From positions 131,998,001 to 132,062,000 of the forward strand of contig OX597818.1 of assembly GCA_951406725.2 (NCBI GenBank): a stretch of DNA of 64,000 nt. Reading direction: 5' to 3'. Made by a program: the position numbers and the translations under genes. The stretch is from Octopus vulgaris (lineage: Eukaryota). Each line of letters begins with the position of its first letter. Position 1 is the stretch's first letter. This document shows positions 59,766-64,000 of the stretch, piece by piece. The notes beneath the pieces are model-generated. The model ran no database searches. It was given only the letters and a program-made list of their open reading frames with translations, and was not told the DNA's origin.

Positions 59766-60628
59766 TTCGGAATGGTCATATATATATCCCACCTCATCAT
59801 TATCATTTAATGTCCACTTTTCCATTCTTGCATAGATGAGATGGAATAAATAGAGAAAGATTATCTAAGGCTTGAGACCCTTCTCATGCAAACCTTCAAC
59901 TGTTTCCAATCAAGTTAATAATTCCCATGGGCAGACATGTTTTCCACACAAAACTGGAAACAAATAACATTGCTTGTATAATGGTAGTACTTGCTTGGAA
60001 CCATGTTGTGATGTCTAGATAAGGGTACACACAGACACACATGCTTGCATGCGCACAAACAAATACAGCTGGCTTCTTTCAGCTTCCATCTACCAAATCC
60101 ACCCCGAAGTCTTTAGTTGACCTAGGGCTATAGTAAAAGATACTTACCCAAGGTGCCTTGCAATGGGACTGAATCTGAAACTATGAGGTTGAGAAACTGT
60201 AAGAAACTTTCACGGAATATCTATTAAAGCTTTTCATATATTTGTGGCTATCTGGGGAATGTTTATCAAGCCTAAGAATTTTCTATCTATGTTTTCTTAA
60301 TTTTCAAGTTATAATCTTTCTAGGTCTATTTCTAAGTTTCATTATCATAAACAGCCCATTCACCAGCATAATTAAATGGTCTCTTCATTACTTGAATAGC
60401 CTGTCAATGAATGATGGACCCTATTAATTTTAGTGAGTGAATAGAAAAATGGTACTTGTAGAGTGTAAGTGAAACAGTTCACACTGGAAAATGATGTTAA
60501 ATCACAGATACAATTCAACAAAATTACATCTGCCACAGTGCTTGACACCTAATTTTGATATTAAGCTTTGTTTATCTTTTTACTTAGTTCTTTTTAAAGT
60601 TTAGAATTAGAAATGGCTGTTTTTCTTT

Positions 60629-60700
<72 letters not shown>

Positions 60701-60704
<4 letters not shown>

Positions 60705-60998
60705 AAAAACGGTAAGATAACAAAAGAAAGAAAGAGACCTCAATATTATGTAAATAGAGGAATTTATCTGTAAATGTAATATGTGACAATTATTTGGTAG
60801 CCAAGATAAAACTCTGAGTTTCAGTTGCCGAGGTGGAAATCCACACCACCATCTCTACAGTTATCCGGCCATCGGATAGCATTTTTCCGATGGCCGGATA
60901 ACTGAAGAGATGGTGGTGTGGATTTCCACCTCAGCATCCGAAACTCAGAGTTTTATCTTGGCTACCAAATAATTGTCTCATATTAACATTTACAGATA
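60701..60998. mobile_element. Penelope-like pLTR remnant with inverted duplication, inserted in (TA)n
   Basis: Arms 60765-60876 and 60886-60998 are ~112-bp inverted repeats with a 9-nt spacer; extra one-sided tail at 60701-60764; (TA)n on both flanks; carries a hammerhead motif. Confidence 0.7.
60891..60964 (+). ncRNA. Type I hammerhead ribozyme motif
   Basis: Core CTGAAGA 60902-60908 and GAAA 60940-60943; stem II 60909-60939; palindromic stem III ACTC-A-GAGT; GUU triplet ending at 60952; stem I TGGCCGGATAA pairs with TTATCT(T)GGCTA. Confidence 0.75.
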
Positions 60999-61328
60999 TA
61001 TATATATATATATATATATATAACTCTAAAATAGAAATACAGTGGTTATATTTTTATACTGTTGAGCAGTATTTTACTGGTTATGGCATCTGGTAAGAAT
61101 GTTACCAACAATCTCACACTAGCTATATTGATGACTCTACAGATATACTGGTTGGCATACTTGCTTCTTTTCTACTGGTGGTATAGATATAGTCCTGGTA
61201 GGTTAGTGAAAGTATGACAAACTGGAACAAAAGGGGAGTAAAAAGTTATAAAACTTTCAGTAGGGAAAGAAATGCTGCTTCCCTTGGAGTGAAATCAGCT
61301 GTGTGTACACACTCGTCATTCTCTTAGG

Positions 61329-61720
61329 TCAAAAACTGGAATGACTGTCTTGTAATATGAATTTTCTTTCATGAGGACAGCAATAAAATATTTCGCTTTT
61401 TGAGTTTAGGAAAGCATCTGAATTGTGCGAATTTTTTAGAAAGGCTTTTCTCTCAGCCAAGGAAAGCTTGGAATGTCTATTTCCATTCAGATATGGGTCA
61501 AGCTGTTCAACCAGTTTCCAATGAATTCTATACAACATTCCTTCTTCATTTAATCTTTTCATATAACTAGGTATCATTGTAACATTGCACAGCCTTTAGA
61601 TTCTAAAAAAGGATTTGTGGTTATTTAGCTTGACCTTAAAGGGGCCCTCTGATGCTCCAACATATTTCTGTACATGCTCTCCTCTACAATTGTTGTTGTT
61701 TGAAAACACTACAACACCAC
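61329..61720 (-). pseudogene. Degenerate Penelope-like element GIY-YIG endonuclease region
   Basis: Minus frame GVVVFS...EHVQKYVGASEGPFKVKLNNHKSFFRI*RLCNVTMIPSY...IHWKLVEQLDPYLNGNRHSKLSLAERKAFL...LNSKSEIFYCCPHERKFIL; resembles the YIG..F K.R..NH.SSF and W....PY..G...C.LC..EK...LN..SE....C.H..KF motifs of PLE ORF C-termini; one in-frame stop. Confidence 0.75.
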
Positions 61721-62129
61721 CTCTGTTTCATAAGTCTTAGATATAGCAATAATAAAAACCAGTTGTTAGAGCTCAATGTCCTTATGTTTTATAGTAAAGT
61801 GTCAGGTGAACTCAGCGCATAATGTCAATTAATAAATGATGAAAGGATAACAGAACAAGAGTAGCATAATCATTTTCATTAGCTTAAAGCTAATGTGGAT
61901 TGGGAGAATTGTTAGAATATTAGGAAAATTGCTTTGTGGTATTTCTTTTAGTCCTTAATGTTCAAAGTTCAAACCCCATCAAGGTCAGCTTTGCCATTCA
62001 TCTTTTTGAGGAGTTAATAAAATAAGATATTAGTCATGTACTAGGATTGATAGTACCAACTAACTCCTCCCCTTAAAGTTATTGACCTTGTGCCTAAACC
62101 AAAAATTCTTCTTCTTCTTCTTCTTCTTC

Positions 62130-62185
<56 letters not shown>

Positions 62186-62362
62186 GAGTGAGAGACCAGT
62201 TCATGCCATCAAAGTGACACCGGGGTAAAATATACGAAGCCCAATATACCCATCATGACTACCCGTCTGATAAGGGTATTATTATTATTATTATCATTAT
62301 TATTATTATTATTACTGTTATTGAGTGAGAGAGCAATGCATGGTACCAAAGTGACACTAGGA
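62186..62362 (-). mobile_element. Two short retroelement 3'-end fragments in (TAA)n
   Basis: GAGTGAGAGA...CATG..A.CAAAGTGACAC..GG occurs at ~62186-62225 and ~62322-62361, each directly after an (ATT)n tract. Confidence 0.55.
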
Positions 62363-63941
62363 TATTATTATCATCATTATCATCATCATTATTATGGTTG
62401 TGTTCCTATAATGTCTTCCCTCCATCTCACTTGTGGAAAATAAGGAAATGATTATTATTACTATTATGGGCAGAAATGATATTATTACTATTATGGGCTT
62501 GATGATACTTTGTTATATTTTTCCTTTTACATTCTCTGTTCAAATCCTTGTTCATGGGGAAGATATCTACTTTTAGCCTTCCAGAGTCAATAAATTAAGT
62601 ACCACTCAAGTAGTAGACTCAAATATTCTTCCAATAAAATGTGTGGACTTGTGCCTATGTTAGAAATTATTCGTAATAGTATTGTCATTTCAGCAAAAGC
62701 TGAACGTTTAAATGCTTATACCACATTGCTGACAATATCATCTGTTAATTTCCCCTCAGGCATACCTTTATTTAAATGTAGTTAGGCCTTGTAGGTTAAA
62801 ATCAGTTGTTTTTTAAGATTACCTAGAGTTGAAAGTGTTAAATATTGTACTCAGTAGGAATCTTTTGAGTAATTGAAAACAAAAAAATAACAGACACAAA
62901 CACAAAGATATACACAAAAGAAGAAAAAAAAAGACACAAAGAAATTAAGAAAACAATTACTGTGTTTTCTTCCTTAATGCTTCATTCCATGGTCAACAGG
63001 AGACAATTAATTGCTGTTACATCAGACATAAACATTTTCACAAATTCCATTCACAAATTTTGCCTCCAGCTAGTTTAGCATCATGTTGCTTTATCCAGTT
63101 TGGTGGTTGTATATTTTGGGGATGGTGGCTGGTAATATATGGTAGTGGTTGTCATCATGGTTATGGTGGTGGTGGTGAAATTGCTGGATTCTAATGGTGG
63201 CTGTGACACAAGAGGAAGAAGTTGGGAGCTGTAGAATTTTTTACTGTGGCAGTTTAAAAATTTTTTTTTTTGCAAATAGTGATGGGAGCAACACTGATAA
63301 CACATGAAAGCCAATATGTGGTTTCTCAACCTGTTAGAAATAGCAGCCAAATATCCTTTAAACCATACACAAGAACATATAGAAGAATATGGCTTTATTA
63401 CATAGGCTAAACTAAGACAGAATGGTCATAGTTGGAAGACCTTTGATCATGAGTCTCCTCAATCAGGGCTGGCCTAGAGCTAAATAATGATGAAAATAAT
63501 AAGCAGTGATATTCACAGTTAATAATTTGTGTTCTGTGTATATATCCTAATGACATAGTATATATAACGTTATATAAATTCTAAGCTCAATGCAATATAA
63601 ATTAGTTGCCAAAATTCCGTTTCCAGCTGTAGTTAAGTTTTTGTGTTTGCAACCATTTTTACACAGCACGACAAATTTATATTGGGGATTTCTATTGTTG
63701 ATTGAATGGAATCTATTTTAACAAATTGCACTTAACTTATGTTATTGATATTAAAAGGGGCTAAAAAGTAAAGAAATCCCTGGCAGGAATTGAACATAAT
63801 CTTTGAGAGATGAATCTATATATTTTATCGTTTAACTTTTACCTGTTTCAGTCATTGGACTGCATTCATGCTGGGACAATGCCTTGAATGGTTTAGTCAA
63901 ACAATTCAAGCTTATTTTTAAGTATGCATGCACGCACACAT

Positions 63942-63992
<51 letters not shown>

Positions 63993-64000
63993 GGCTTCCA

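Overview
AT-rich eukaryotic, essentially non-coding DNA. The repeat families and the density of (TA)n/(CA)n/(AAT)n/(TATG)n microsatellites look like an octopus (coleoid cephalopod) intronic or intergenic region; this species call is recognition from memory, not a search. I found no intact host protein-coding gene, and nearly all listed ORFs are microsatellite translations. The window holds at least four SINE families, non-autonomous DNA transposons (piggyBac-type, Tc1/mariner-type, and a long-TIR family with 8-bp TSD), and short coding relics of three retroelement types (R4/Dong-like restriction-like endonuclease, CR1-like ORF2 C-terminus, Penelope-like GIY-YIG). The most striking structure is a ~234-bp near-perfect palindrome at 60765-60998. 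Its + arm folds into a type I hammerhead ribozyme, and it lies ~330 bp from a Penelope GIY-YIG relic. Other oddities are a mariner-type MITE carrying a SINE fragment, a SINE flanked by a ~96-bp duplication, several inverted repeats, a CpG-retention mosaic and a few weak exon candidates. I see no convincing evidence of a wholly new biological system.
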